The position numbers and the translations under genes were made by a program. From Bigelowiella natans nucleomorph (taxonomy: Eukaryota > Protista > Cercozoa): 32,000 bases of DNA. Where the stretch lies: contig DQ158856.1 in NCBI GenBank assembly GCA_000002455.1, forward strand, positions 90,001-122,000. The letters run 5' to 3'. Under the pieces are notes generated by a model that saw only the letters and a program-made list of their open reading frames with translations, was not told the origin of the DNA and searched no databases. Positions 11,655 to 22,378 of this stretch are shown here, piece after piece. Each line of letters starts with the position of its first letter. Positions within the stretch are counted from its first letter, which is position 1.

Positions 11655-12399
11655 TAAATCTTGTCAGTTGGTTAAATAAAAAAACCGGGTCACTTAATTT
11701 TCCTCTTATTAACATATGATTTCTTTCATAAGGTTCCAGAGTTATTTGCTCAAAAAGAGAAAAACCAAATTTTCTAAGTTTGTCAACTTGTTTAGCAAAC
11801 AAAATTTCGGGAGATATTGCATCGATTGAATCAGATTTAAGGGTAACAATAACATTTCCCCCGTTTTTCAAAAAGAACAAACTATTTATTGCTAATATTT
11901 CTATTTGATCTTTTTGGGATACATCAATTATTATTACATCTACCATTGGAATTAACATTTTATATCTCAGCGGGTATCGGGCATCTTCTATAATTGGTAT
12001 AACGTTTGTTCTATAGCTACTTAAATGAAATAACTGATAAGCACAGGAACTAGAATATTCTATACCATATATACACCCTTTAGTACCTACTATATCAGAT
12101 ATGTGAGAGATAGTAGTACCGGTTGAAGCTCCTAAATAAAGAACTTTATTGCCGGGTAATAATCCAATTGAATCTATACCGTTTAAAACAGCAGCTGCTA
12201 ATTTTGAGCGGAAAGGATTCCAAACTCTCAATTCATAAATTCTATCATTAAAAAAAGATTTTAATAGAAGTTCTCCACAGAATATCTTACCGGGAGTAAT
12301 ATTAATCGTAGCAATGCAATCTTCTATACCTCTAATTACATAAACATTAGCATGTCTATGAGTTTCGATTGAAAAAATTTTGTTTTGCTTGACAACCAT
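11638..12399 (-). CDS. nop1: Fibrillarin/Nop1 lacking the N-terminal GAR domain
   Basis: RVWNPFRSKLAAA, KVLYLGASTGTTISHISDIVG, RTNVIPIIEDARYP, EQITLEPYERNH. Confidence 0.97.
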   Translation of the reverse strand: MVVKQNKIFSIETHRHANVYVIRGIEDCIATINITPGKIFCGELLLKSFFNDRIYELRVWNPFRSKLAAAVLNGIDSIGLLPGNKVLYLGASTGTTISHISDIVGTKGCIYGIEYSSSCAYQLFHLSSYRTNVIPIIEDARYPLRYKMLIPMVDVIIIDVSQKDQIEILAINSLFFLKNGGNVIVTLKSDSIDAISPEILFAKQVDKLRKFGFSLFEQITLEPYERNHMLIRGKLSDPVFLFNQLTRFTKLTN

Positions 12400-12433
12400 A
12401 AATTATTACATTTTACTTTATAATAACAATTAA

Positions 12434-13235
12434 TTAAAATAGACTCTTTTTAGGCTTAGGACTAGCCAAATAAGTCAACTCAAAGTCAAAAAAATCAATG
12501 GTTTCAACTAAATTAAAAGATTTCCACTCATAAGATACATTTGATTCTTTAAGAAAATAAGTTCTTTTGGGATCGAATAGATTTTTATATCTTTCAACAT
12601 TTTTTCTTATGTAATCGTTATCAATTATATCATTCCTAGATAATAAAATTATACATATGAAAGTATATTTGTAAGAAAGATACTAAAAAATCATCGATAT
12701 TTTTTATTATTTGGAAAAAAATACTTTGTACGACGTATAGATTTTTTAAAATAAACGAAAAATCTTTCGAGTTATCGTTAATCAAAAATTCTTTTATCAA
12801 GCTTCTAATTATTTTTAAATCATTATAATTAATAAAATGTGCTGATAAAATAAGTTTTTTCCTATAAATACTAGATTTATTTATGTTGGATGTCTTTATT
12901 AATCAATAAAACTTTTAATTTTTTAATTTTCATGACATTATTGAATAAATTGATCTTTTTTCTTGAAGGTATATTTTCTTTTGATTTTACTTTAGTGATT
13001 TTTTTTTGTAATATGGAATTAAGCTAATTAATTGAAAATTACTCGATAAATAAAATAACCGTAAAAAATATTGTTTTTCTCTAAGAAATCAAAAATCTTA
13101 TTTTTATCGTATTTTTTTTTAATTAATGTCATAAAATTTCTTCCTGGTTAATTTTTTTCTACCATGTTTTATAATGAATTCAGCAGTATTGTCAATTATT
13201 TTTTTAAGATACGGAGAAGGTATTAACAGTTTCAT
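12434..13235 (-). CDS. prp21: Splicing factor SF3a120/PRP21 (two SURP domains), about 241 aa; absent from the ORF track
   Basis: LIPSPYLKKIIDNTAEFIIKHGRNF..FDFLEKNNIFYGYF (SURP1), KLILSAHFINYN..DFSFI (SURP2), YEWKSFNLVETIDF (compare IDWHDFVVVETVDF). Four 19-nt introns (13144-13162, 13024-13042, 12894-12912, 12636-12654) give a continuous 242-codon frame. Confidence 0.87.
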
Positions 13236-15815
13236 GTAGTAAAAATATAGTAAATAAAAGTAAAGTAATTAAAAAGCTTTATATCTTATTCATGACTGTT
13301 TTTAATTTGTAAAAGAAGTTAATTAAATAAAAGTTAACCATTATTAACAACTCACAATTTTCTCTAATTATACTAGTAGTTCTTATCAATGTACTGGTCA
13401 CGAAAGAAGTAAAGTTAATAATGAAAAAAAACTAATTATCAAGTTTATACTTTATAAAAAGTTACAATACAGTATAGAAGAAATCGTAAAAAGTTTTTTC
13501 TCAATTTCGTTTTCATACTTTTTATTGTATAGAGAAAACATTTTGTAGTAATTCCAGAACTCATCAGAAGAATTAATTTTTGTAGAACCTTTTTAGAACT
13601 TTGAATATTTGACTTTCTTTCAGCTCTAATTTTGATCAATTTGCTAATTACATCAAAAATTTTGACGAAAGATGATTGACAAAGTTTATCTTGATTAAAG
13701 TTGATGGGGGTTTTATTTAGTTTCACCTTTCTTGGTGTTGATAAATCGGTCAGTCTACTTAAATTTTTAAAACTTTATGAGTGTTGATTCGAAAGATACT
13801 AAAATTATAAAATTATATTTTTCTGATAAAAGCATACTAGAAATTCCAGTAGTATTAATGAATATTTTACTGCTTACATCAAAATTTTTGTAGTTTAGAA
13901 AAATGATTTTATCAGAAATACCCGCACATATTAGTAAGTTTTTAGCAATAATACATTCTAAGCACAAAATCGGCGTTTTAGACAATACTGAACTCTTTAA
14001 AATGCTGCCAGATACTATTTCGCAAACGTAAATTTTTCCATTTATTGATCCTCCTACCAATACATTCTTATCAGAACAAGTAGTCGCACAAATTAAAAAG
14101 TCGTCTTTAACCCTTAAAGTTGAGATAAATACAAAATTATTAAAATTATACACTTTTATCATCCCACTAGAGAAAATAACAGCTATAATATTTAAATCAC
14201 CCTTGAAAAGAACGCCAATGATTGAATTTAAATATTTTACGCCATATAAAAGTAAAAACTTTATTTTCAAATTATATCTTGATATCAATTTAAATACTTT
14301 ACTGATAAAATACACTGCCACATTTTTAGTTCACCCCCATCAGAAGTAGATATAATTATACCGTTTTTAGGAAAAACCTTTAAAAAATTAACTTTTTTTT
14401 TATGTATACAACTAAGCTTTCTACTCTTGTACGAATTTAAATTTAGTAAATACAATATACCTATCTTTTAAAAAATCTAAAACCTCATTAACAAAAAGTA
14501 CTAATCTTTTATGCATAAAGAAAGAACAACAGTTCAAAATACCTCTATAAAAAGTTAGTTCTAGAAATAATGGATTCATATGCCATATTTTAAAACAATA
14601 TTTTGAAAATGACAATATTAACCTGTTATCAGCATCCATATCCAAACCTTCTATTCTTTTTTTGTGAAATATATTCGTATGAATTTCAAGATATACCATG
14701 AATCTTAAAAATATAACATTGATCATAAAATTCATTTTATCTGTGATAAAAACTAAAAGAATAATTTTTTCACCATTTAGAACTTTTTCATTTAGATGAA
14801 AATCTACCAATGTCAAAGAATTCATTAAATATTTCTATTTCTCGTAATTATACTTGTTTTAGCCAGATCGATAAAAAGTCTTTATTCTCATTTCTCAGTA
14901 TTAATTTTTTTTTAGCATAACAATTTAATGATAGATAATTTAGCGATAATTTGAATAGTAAAACTTTTGCTTTGCCTGTAAGTACACATAATAGGTTTTT
15001 AAACTTATTGAAATTAATTTTCTTGATTCTTTCTTCTTTTTGCGTTTTTGATTATTAAATTTTCTCTATAAAAAGAAGAAACTAAAGTACCTCTTTTCAT
15101 ATACACAAATAACGTGTAACAACTCTTATAATCTACGTCTAATAATAATAAATAAACTTATAATAAAAAGATTCAATAAGGGATGTTTAGATACTACCAG
15201 TTTTCTACTATAATTGTATACCAATCGAAATAAACAGATTTTTTCACTGATACACCATGCAACAATTCCAGTATCTAGAGTAATAAGAAGTATTTTTTTT
15301 TTTGTATCTATAATATTCTATGAATAAGTATTATACGATTTTATTGATTTTACTATTATGTTTATACATTGTAAAATAATAATTTTGCTTTAAGATACCA
15401 GCACAATATAGAATCCCGTTTTTTGTACCAATAAAAATAGATCGAGACTTAAGATCATAATAAACAGTAGATATATTGGTAATACTCGTCATAAGACTAA
15501 ACTTACATTTATTTGAAAGAATATTCCAAAAAAATAGCTATTTTTTCAGTAGATACTTCTCCATTTGCGTATGAAATTATTATTTCATAACTGTTCTCTA
15601 AAAGATGAAAAGAAGTTAATAAAGAGATTCTAATAGTATTGTTTCTAATAGATGGAGAAAATTTTTTAATCTTTTTTTTTTATTAATACTATCTTATTAA
15701 ATCCTATATGAAATACTATCAAATATTGCTTGTTTGTACAAATATATAACATACTATTTTTTATAGGCACAAAACTTAAATTATCCGAAAATAGGCTAAA
15801 AGTGCTAAGTTTCAT
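13232..15815 (-). CDS. utp12: WD40 protein UTP12/DIP2/WDR3 (SSU processome); multi-intron, ends approximate
   Basis: HKKRIEGLDMDADNRLILSFSKYCFKIWHMNPLFLELTFYRGILNCCSFF resembles WDR3 HRSDVRTLSFSSDNIAVLSAAADSIKIWNRSTLQCIRTMTCEYALCSFF. The following blades (NIIAVIFSSGMIKVY, LVGGSINGKIYV, LLICAGISDKI) are colinear with it. Confidence 0.68.
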
Positions 15816-15834
15816 AATACATTTGTGGCTTATA

Positions 15835-15863
15835 TACAACAGTTAATTCTATTTCCTGTTGTA
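15835..15863. repeat. Perfect 8-bp inverted repeat (TACAACAG-N13-CTGTTGTA) in the utp12/rpb1 divergent spacer
   Basis: Arms at 15835-15842 and 15856-15863, centred in the 67-nt gap between the two ATGs. Confidence 0.5.
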
Positions 15864-15882
15864 AAATAAAATAATACGGTAA

Positions 15883-18800
15883 ATGGACTTCAAAAGATAC
15901 ACTAAATCCAAGGCGAAAATTAAAAAGCCCATTGCAATTGTATATGGCATTTTAAATTCTGATGAGATAAAAAGATATTCAATTCACTGTTTTAATAATA
16001 AAGAAACTTTAGATATATCTAGAACTCTAGAAAATTTAGATATTCCAAAAATGGGAACAATCGAAAATACTTCAATCTGCCCACTTGATAGTAATACAGG
16101 AAAAGATTGCCCTGGTTATTTCGGCCATATTGAATTATTTTTGCCAGTCTTCAACTGTAATTATCTTGGGTTAATCCTAAAAATTTTAAAATCAGTAAAT
16201 TATTATACGTCTGCCTTATTAATTGAAAAGACCAGAACGAATATTCAAGAGCTATTAAAACACAATATATCAGATAGAATATCCATTATCTCGAAAGAAG
16301 CTGATCGGGTAAAAACTGATCTTCTAAGCGGAGATTTTTTACCAGAATACGAATCTTTAAAAGGAATACAAATTTGGATGAGGTTTCCTCTATGTGTTAA
16401 ACAGGGTAAATTTAATCCGAACATACTTGTAAAAAGAAAGCTTTTTCCCGAACAAGCTTATAGTATTCTTAAAAATATATCTAAATTTGACTGTAACATC
16501 CTAGGATTCGATTTCAAAAATTCAAGACCTAACTGGCTGATACTTTATAATTTACCTATCCCTCCCATCAATATCAGACCCTACTCGAAAAAGAACCTGT
16601 TTATCAAATACGAAGATGATTTAACGTATAAACTTCATGATATAATTAAAGCAAACGATCGATTACAAAGATCAAAGAATAGTAGAAAGTCTTCGGAACT
16701 ATTAGAAAATTATAGAGAACTTTTATCCTACCATATTTTTACTTATTTTGACAATTCATCTACAAAAGTTAAATTATCCACACATGTCTCAGGAAAACCT
16801 ATCAAAAGCATTTCACAGAGACTAAAAGGAAAATTTGGTAGATTTAGAAGAAATTTAGTAGGAAAAAGAGTTGATTTCACAGGTAGAACTGTAATAACCG
16901 GTGATTCTTATATTCATTTAGAAGAATTAGGAATACCTATGCTAATAGCCAAAAAACTAACACTTCCTGAAGTTGTCAATAAATTTAATATTGATCGTCT
17001 ATCTTACATAATTGACTCCACCGGAAATGAGTTAAAAGCTAATTATATTATCAAAGGCTACAATAAAGTCATCGATTTGAGATATAAATCTTCAAATTCA
17101 ATAATTTTACTAAAATACGGTTTTATAATTGAACGTCATATTCAAAGCGGGGACATTGTGATTTTAAATCGACAACCCTCATTGCATAAAATGTCTATGA
17201 TGGGTCATCGCGTAAAAATATTTCCTAAACTCACTTTCAGATTAAATTTATCAGTCACTACACCCTATAATGCTGATTTTGACGGTGATGAAATGAATAT
17301 TCATATTCCACAATCAGAATTAACAAGATCAGAAAGCACTTTTATTATGAATGTCATCAATAACATTATGTCACCACAAGCTAACAAACCAGTTATAGGA
17401 TTGGTACAAGATACTTTAAGCACTTGCTACACTCTGTCTTCAAGAGATTCTTTTTTAAACAGCCTAGAAAAAGACTATTTAAAAAACAACTATAAAAACT
17501 TTTCTACACAACCATCAATAATCAAGCCCTTAAAAAAATGGACAGGAAAGCAATTATTATCAAGCTTTTTACCCCATCTGACCTTTCTTCACCGAGAAAG
17601 TCGTAAAACATTCCATTTTGAAGATTCAAATAATTATAATGATTCCTCTATGTATATACAAGATGGTAAAATAATGATGGGGTTATTTAATAAGAAAACA
17701 ATAGGTGCATCTTATAATAGTATAATACAAAACATATGGCTAGAATACGATCATTTTTCATGCAGAAATTTTATCGATTTGTGCCAAACAACAGCTAGAC
17801 ATACTAATATAAAAAACGGTTTCACAGTATCTTTGTGGGATGTCTTTCTTGAAAAAAAACTATTTAACATATTTTACAATATAAAAAAATTCTATATTCA
17901 TAATTGGATAAAGCTCATGGAGACAAAGAAACAAATAAAGATGACGCAAATAAAGAATTTTAAATTTAACACAATTACCAAAATAAACAATCTATCAACA
18001 ACTAAAAAATATTTCTCTTCTTTGATAAATTTATTCTTGAATTTAACACATAATCAAAATAATAACATGAATATTATGTTAAATAGTGGATCTAAAGGTT
18101 CTTTAATTAATTTAATACAAATCGTTGGATTATTAGGTAAACAAAGCTCTATAAAAATTAATAACATGAACCATTTTCACGGTAGGTTATTTTGTCACAA
18201 TATTATCGGTCATATTCCTATTGAAAGTACAGGTTTCATTTTGAGTAACTTTTTTTATGGGTTAAACCCTCATGAATATTTTTGTCACGCGATATCAGGC
18301 AGAGAAGGTATTATCGACACCTCAATAAAAACAGCAGAAACGGGTTATATACAAAGGAAGTTTTCTAAATCTATGGAAAATTTAATTTGCTATTATGATG
18401 GCACTGTCAGAAATTCTAGTCAAAGTATCATACAATTTTTGTATGGTGAAGATGGTTTAGATCCTACATTTTTAGAAAAAATTACATTGTCAAAAAATCA
18501 TAAAAAACAGACAAATAAAAACTTACAAAGCAATTTGAAATTGAAGACTTACGATACAAAAGATATTGGTTTTTCTAACAACTTTAGTCATATCCACTTC
18601 TTGAATACTAATTTTAAAAAATACTATACACAGGATAAGATCTTAAACAAAATCATAAAACAATTCACAATGTTGAAACGTTTAAAAACATGTTATATTC
18701 CAGTGAATATTATCAGAATCATTGCTCATACTAAAAGCTCTTTACAAAGATATGGCAAAATTCAAAAGAACTGTACTTGCCCTAATCTTTTGAGTATTTA

Positions 18801-20415
18801 TCTAGGAAAACTCTATAACTCATTATCATTATCAAGAAAGACATGTTATTTCAAGGCCTTGTTTAATAAAATAATAAATCCGTCCATAGTACTAATCATA
18901 AAAAACATTTTTACTGTAAAACTTATTAAATCACTCAAAATAAACTTATTTCAATTAAAATGGATTTTTAAACAAATTGAGAATAAATATAACAAATCTT
19001 TGACAACTCCCGGAGAGTGCGTTGGCGTCATAGGGGCTCAATCCATCGGAGAACCTACAACTCAGATGACCTTGAATACTTTCCATTACGCAGGAATTGC
19101 AGAAAAGGATGTTACTACAGGAGTGCCGAGATTCAACGAATTAATTAATGCAACAAAAAAGCCAAAAACAAAATGCTCTTATCTAAGTTTAATACATAAC
19201 TCTAAGTTAGAAATAGAATCTACCGATTTCATAATATCAAGATTAGAGGAAACCAAATTGGAATTTTTTGTTGAAAAACTCTATTTACTAAAAGTTTTTG
19301 ACTCTCAATATACTAGGATTGATTTTATTTCATCAATTTTAAAAAATTCTTTGGAATCGATTAATCCATCCTCTAAATCTGATCAAAATCCTAGATGGAT
19401 ATTAAAACTCATAATATCGAGATGGAGGCTTTTTGAAAAAAAAATATCCATCGTTAAATTATTTAAAAAACTTTCTGACAAATTAAAAAATTATGGAAAT
19501 ATTCAGATTAGTTTTGCTGATAAAAAATTTATTGAAATAGCAATAATTATAAGCAATACCCTTTTTGCTCCATATTCTATAAAATTATTAGATGTTGATC
19601 CTAAGAAAAAAACCCCTCATATCAAAGAAAGGTGCAAACTAGGAGTCAGAAAATCCAAATTTCTGTACATCCTAGAAAAATTTAAATCCGAAATTCTCAA
19701 TATTCCAATACTCGGTATTCCAGACATAGTTCATTGTAGAGTTAGTAATAAAGTCAGGACTTTTATAAACAATTTAAACTATGACTTAAATAGTCTTGAA
19801 AACTTTATATTACTCGATTGTATTGGTATTAATTTGGTAAAAACTTTGACTCACCCTTGGATAGACTCCAGCCTGACATACTGTAATGATGTTAACTGCT
19901 TTTATGACAATTTTGGCATCGAAGCTGCCCGACTCTTGTTCATTAAAGAATTAAAAAAAATTCTAGAATTTGATAATTCTTACATTAATCAACATCACAT
20001 TAGCTGCTTAGCCGATTATTCTACTAATACTGGTCGTCCCAATGCCATTAACCGTTACGGGTTAAAGGTACAATCTCTATCTACATTACAGGAATGTTCA
20101 TTCGAAGAAACAATGAAAACTCTACTTAAAGCATCTGTTGAAACCAAAGTTGATCGATTCAGCAGTATTACCGAAACAATTATCTTTGGTAAAGAATCTA
20201 ATTTTGGTACAGGTTTTTCTAATATGAAGAAAACTAAATTTCAAGAGGTACAAATATCGAAAAATTCTTTTAAACGAAGCCCGCTAATTATCCCGAGTTT
20301 CAATCAATCAAAAAGTTCCTACAAATTGGTATCATATTATAAACCATTAATAAAAAATAAGAAATTACAATATAATCCATATCATCAAAAAAAATTTTTA
20401 GAATGGGAATACTAG
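15883..20415 (+). CDS. rpb1: RNA polymerase II largest subunit, no heptad CTD, intronless
   Basis: RLKGKFGRFRRNLVGKRVDF, NRQPSLHKMSMMGHRVK, TFRLNLSVTTPYNADFDGDEMN, SPQANKPVIGLVQD, GAQSIGEPTTQMTLNTFHYAG, CSFEET. Confidence 0.98.
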   Translation: MDFKRYTKSKAKIKKPIAIVYGILNSDEIKRYSIHCFNNKETLDISRTLENLDIPKMGTIENTSICPLDSNTGKDCPGYFGHIELFLPVFNCNYLGLILKILKSVNYYTSALLIEKTRTNIQELLKHNISDRISIISKEADRVKTDLLSGDFLPEYESLKGIQIWMRFPLCVKQGKFNPNILVKRKLFPEQAYSILKNISKFDCNILGFDFKNSRPNWLILYNLPIPPINIRPYSKKNLFIKYEDDLTYKLHDIIKANDRLQRSKNSRKSSELLENYRELLSYHIFTYFDNSSTKVKLSTHVSGKPIKSISQRLKGKFGRFRRNLVGKRVDFTGRTVITGDSYIHLEELGIPMLIAKKLTLPEVVNKFNIDRLSYIIDSTGNELKANYIIKGYNKVIDLRYKSSNSIILLKYGFIIERHIQSGDIVILNRQPSLHKMSMMGHRVKIFPKLTFRLNLSVTTPYNADFDGDEMNIHIPQSELTRSESTFIMNVINNIMSPQANKPVIGLVQDTLSTCYTLSSRDSFLNSLEKDYLKNNYKNFSTQPSIIKPLKKWTGKQLLSSFLPHLTFLHRESRKTFHFEDSNNYNDSSMYIQDGKIMMGLFNKKTIGASYNSIIQNIWLEYDHFSCRNFIDLCQTTARHTNIKNGFTVSLWDVFLEKKLFNIFYNIKKFYIHNWIKLMETKKQIKMTQIKNFKFNTITKINNLSTTKKYFSSLINLFLNLTHNQNNNMNIMLNSGSKGSLINLIQIVGLLGKQSSIKINNMNHFHGRLFCHNIIGHIPIESTGFILSNFFYGLNPHEYFCHAISGREGIIDTSIKTAETGYIQRKFSKSMENLICYYDGTVRNSSQSIIQFLYGEDGLDPTFLEKITLSKNHKKQTNKNLQSNLKLKTYDTKDIGFSNNFSHIHFLNTNFKKYYTQDKILNKIIKQFTMLKRLKTCYIPVNIIRIIAHTKSSLQRYGKIQKNCTCPNLLSIYLGKLYNSLSLSRKTCYFKALFNKIINPSIVLIIKNIFTVKLIKSLKINLFQLKWIFKQIENKYNKSLTTPGECVGVIGAQSIGEPTTQMTLNTFHYAGIAEKDVTTGVPRFNELINATKKPKTKCSYLSLIHNSKLEIESTDFIISRLEETKLEFFVEKLYLLKVFDSQYTRIDFISSILKNSLESINPSSKSDQNPRWILKLIISRWRLFEKKISIVKLFKKLSDKLKNYGNIQISFADKKFIEIAIIISNTLFAPYSIKLLDVDPKKKTPHIKERCKLGVRKSKFLYILEKFKSEILNIPILGIPDIVHCRVSNKVRTFINNLNYDLNSLENFILLDCIGINLVKTLTHPWIDSSLTYCNDVNCFYDNFGIEAARLLFIKELKKILEFDNSYINQHHISCLADYSTNTGRPNAINRYGLKVQSLSTLQECSFEETMKTLLKASVETKVDRFSSITETIIFGKESNFGTGFSNMKKTKFQEVQISKNSFKRSPLIIPSFNQSKSSYKLVSYYKPLIKNKKLQYNPYHQKKFLEWEY

Positions 20416-20418
20416 AAT

Positions 20419-21041
20419 CTACCATTCACCACATGGTCTTATGTCGACCAACTGCATTAAAAGAAACCATACCATTATGGTAATAATCAATGATGGATCT
20501 AACACTCCAAAAATAGGAGGTATCCAACCTCTAAAAAAATAAATTAGATTATCAACCGGCTTATTATTTATAATCATTACCACTAGTAGCGGATTAGACT
20601 TTTTCTTTTTTTTCCAAGAAGATGATTGAGTTTCGCGAACTTCCACTAAATATAACCAATAGTTTCTGGTTAATATAATACAATAAGATAACTATTTATA
20701 TTAAATTTTACAGTCAACATTCTATAAATAAACATTATGATTAATCTATAAAAAGCTGAAAGATAATATGATAAGTAAGGTGACAAATCATGAAAAGCTT
20801 TCATGATATCTAATGACGAGTGCTTACCTAAAACAGTCAGCAGTGACAAGTCAGATATTGCAAAAAACAATGAAGATCTACTACATGATGACGTTCTTTG
20901 GAATTGAATTATTTTTTTTGAAAATTTTTTATTGAATTTTGTTGTTTTTAATTTAGTCAAGCATTTTTTTCTATTGAATAACGCTTTTGACTCGTGAGAG
21001 AGTAATTTGTGTTGTTGTTTTATTAATTGTGAGTAAACCAT
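20419..21041 (-). CDS. YGGT-family (YlmG/Ycf19/CCB3-like) membrane protein with a basic transit-peptide-like N-terminus
   Basis: A 20-nt intron at 20692-20711 joins the two ORFs in frame. The C-terminal FFRGWIPPIFGVLDPSLIITIMVWFLL matches the YGGT signature FRxxIPPxxxxLDxSP plus a hydrophobic helix. The first ~60 aa are K/S/Q-rich. Confidence 0.7.
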
Positions 21042-21123
21042 AACTTAACATGTGATATGAACTTAGTTTTATATATCATGTGCAGGTAAATAAACTAATT
21101 ACGAATAATACTTTTTGTTTCTA

Positions 21124-22373
21124 ATGTCCAATTTAAATGAAATAAGAGTCAAATCATTCTTTGATTTAAAATTAAAGAATAGTATCAAAAAAGGTGTCTT
21201 TATAAATGCAATGTACTACTGCTCTAAAATCCAATCTATTACACTTATTCCATTATTAAAAGGTAGAGATATAATCTATCAATCACCCTCAGGAACTGGG
21301 AAAACTACTTGTTATATAATCGGCACAAGTAATCAATTATGTCAATCCATAAATTCGTATAAAATTTTAAACTAGGCCTCAATGTCTAATTTTAGTTCCA
21401 ACGAGAGAATTAAGCATTCAGATAAGAAACGTATTTAATGTTCTTAACATTTATACTAAAAACTCGATTACTTCGTGTCACGGGGGAAGATGGCTCGGAG
21501 AAGATCTCAAAAATCTTAAAAAAAATTTCCATGGAATTGTAGGAACACCAGGAAGAGTCTTGCATCTATTGCAAATTGGTAGCTTAGCTATTACTAAAAT
21601 TCGAACTTTCGTTTTAGACGAAGCTGACATTCTAATGAATAAGAATTTCAAAATAGATATTTTTAATATTTATAGATATTTAAACTCTAAAGTTCAAATA
21701 ATAATCTGCTCTGCTACTATACCCTTATATACACTTCAAGCAGCGAGCAAGTTTTTACTTGATCCAGTAATGATATTAATGAGAAAAGAAGAAATAAATA
21801 TCGACGTAATCAATATTGTCATAGAAAATAAAGCAATTTTACATTTCCGTTTTTATTGAAGAAAATAAACTGTTAGCTCTTTTAGACATTTTTGAAACTC
21901 TATTAGTCGGGCAAGTTCTTATTTTCTGTAACACAATAAGAAAAGCTAATTGGATTCACAATAAATTACTTGCTAATAATTTTAATGTTGGCCTAATACA
22001 TGGAAGAGTTATCCAAAAAGAGAGAACTAATATTTTTAAAAATTTCAGAGATGGTAAAACCAGAGCATTAGTTACAACGGATGTCTCATCAAGAGGTCTC
22101 AATATTCCTGAGGTTAAAAATATATTTATAGGTATCACTTGTTATAAATTATGATATTCCAACTTTCAAGGATGTTTATTTGCATCGTATAGGAAGGACA
22201 GGTAGATTCGGTAGACAGGTCTCTTTTTGATTTATAGGGTGTTGCAATAAATTTTGCTAAATTAAGGGATCTTCATAATATAAAAAATTTAGAAGTACAT
22301 TTTTCTATAACAATAGAAGAATTGGTAAAATTTTAGAAAAAAGAAATCGGAGTTATTAAATTACAAATACTAG
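21124..22373 (+). CDS. eif4A: eIF4A-family DEAD-box helicase, closer to eIF4AIII/Fal1
   Basis: [54 protein letters not shown]. 19-nt introns at 21357-21375, 21806-21824, 22113-22131, 22219-22237 and possibly 22325-22343 (otherwise the stop is at 22336). Confidence 0.9.
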
Positions 22374-22378
22374 AAGTT

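Noticed and set aside
12434-12640. C-terminus resembling SRP68 (FFDFELTYLASP)
   Set aside because: The upstream SURP domains and WKSFNLVETIDF identify it as PRP21/SF3A1.
12710-12750. Apparent frameshift in prp21 at homopolymer runs
   Set aside because: On recount the frame is continuous (QSIFFQII).
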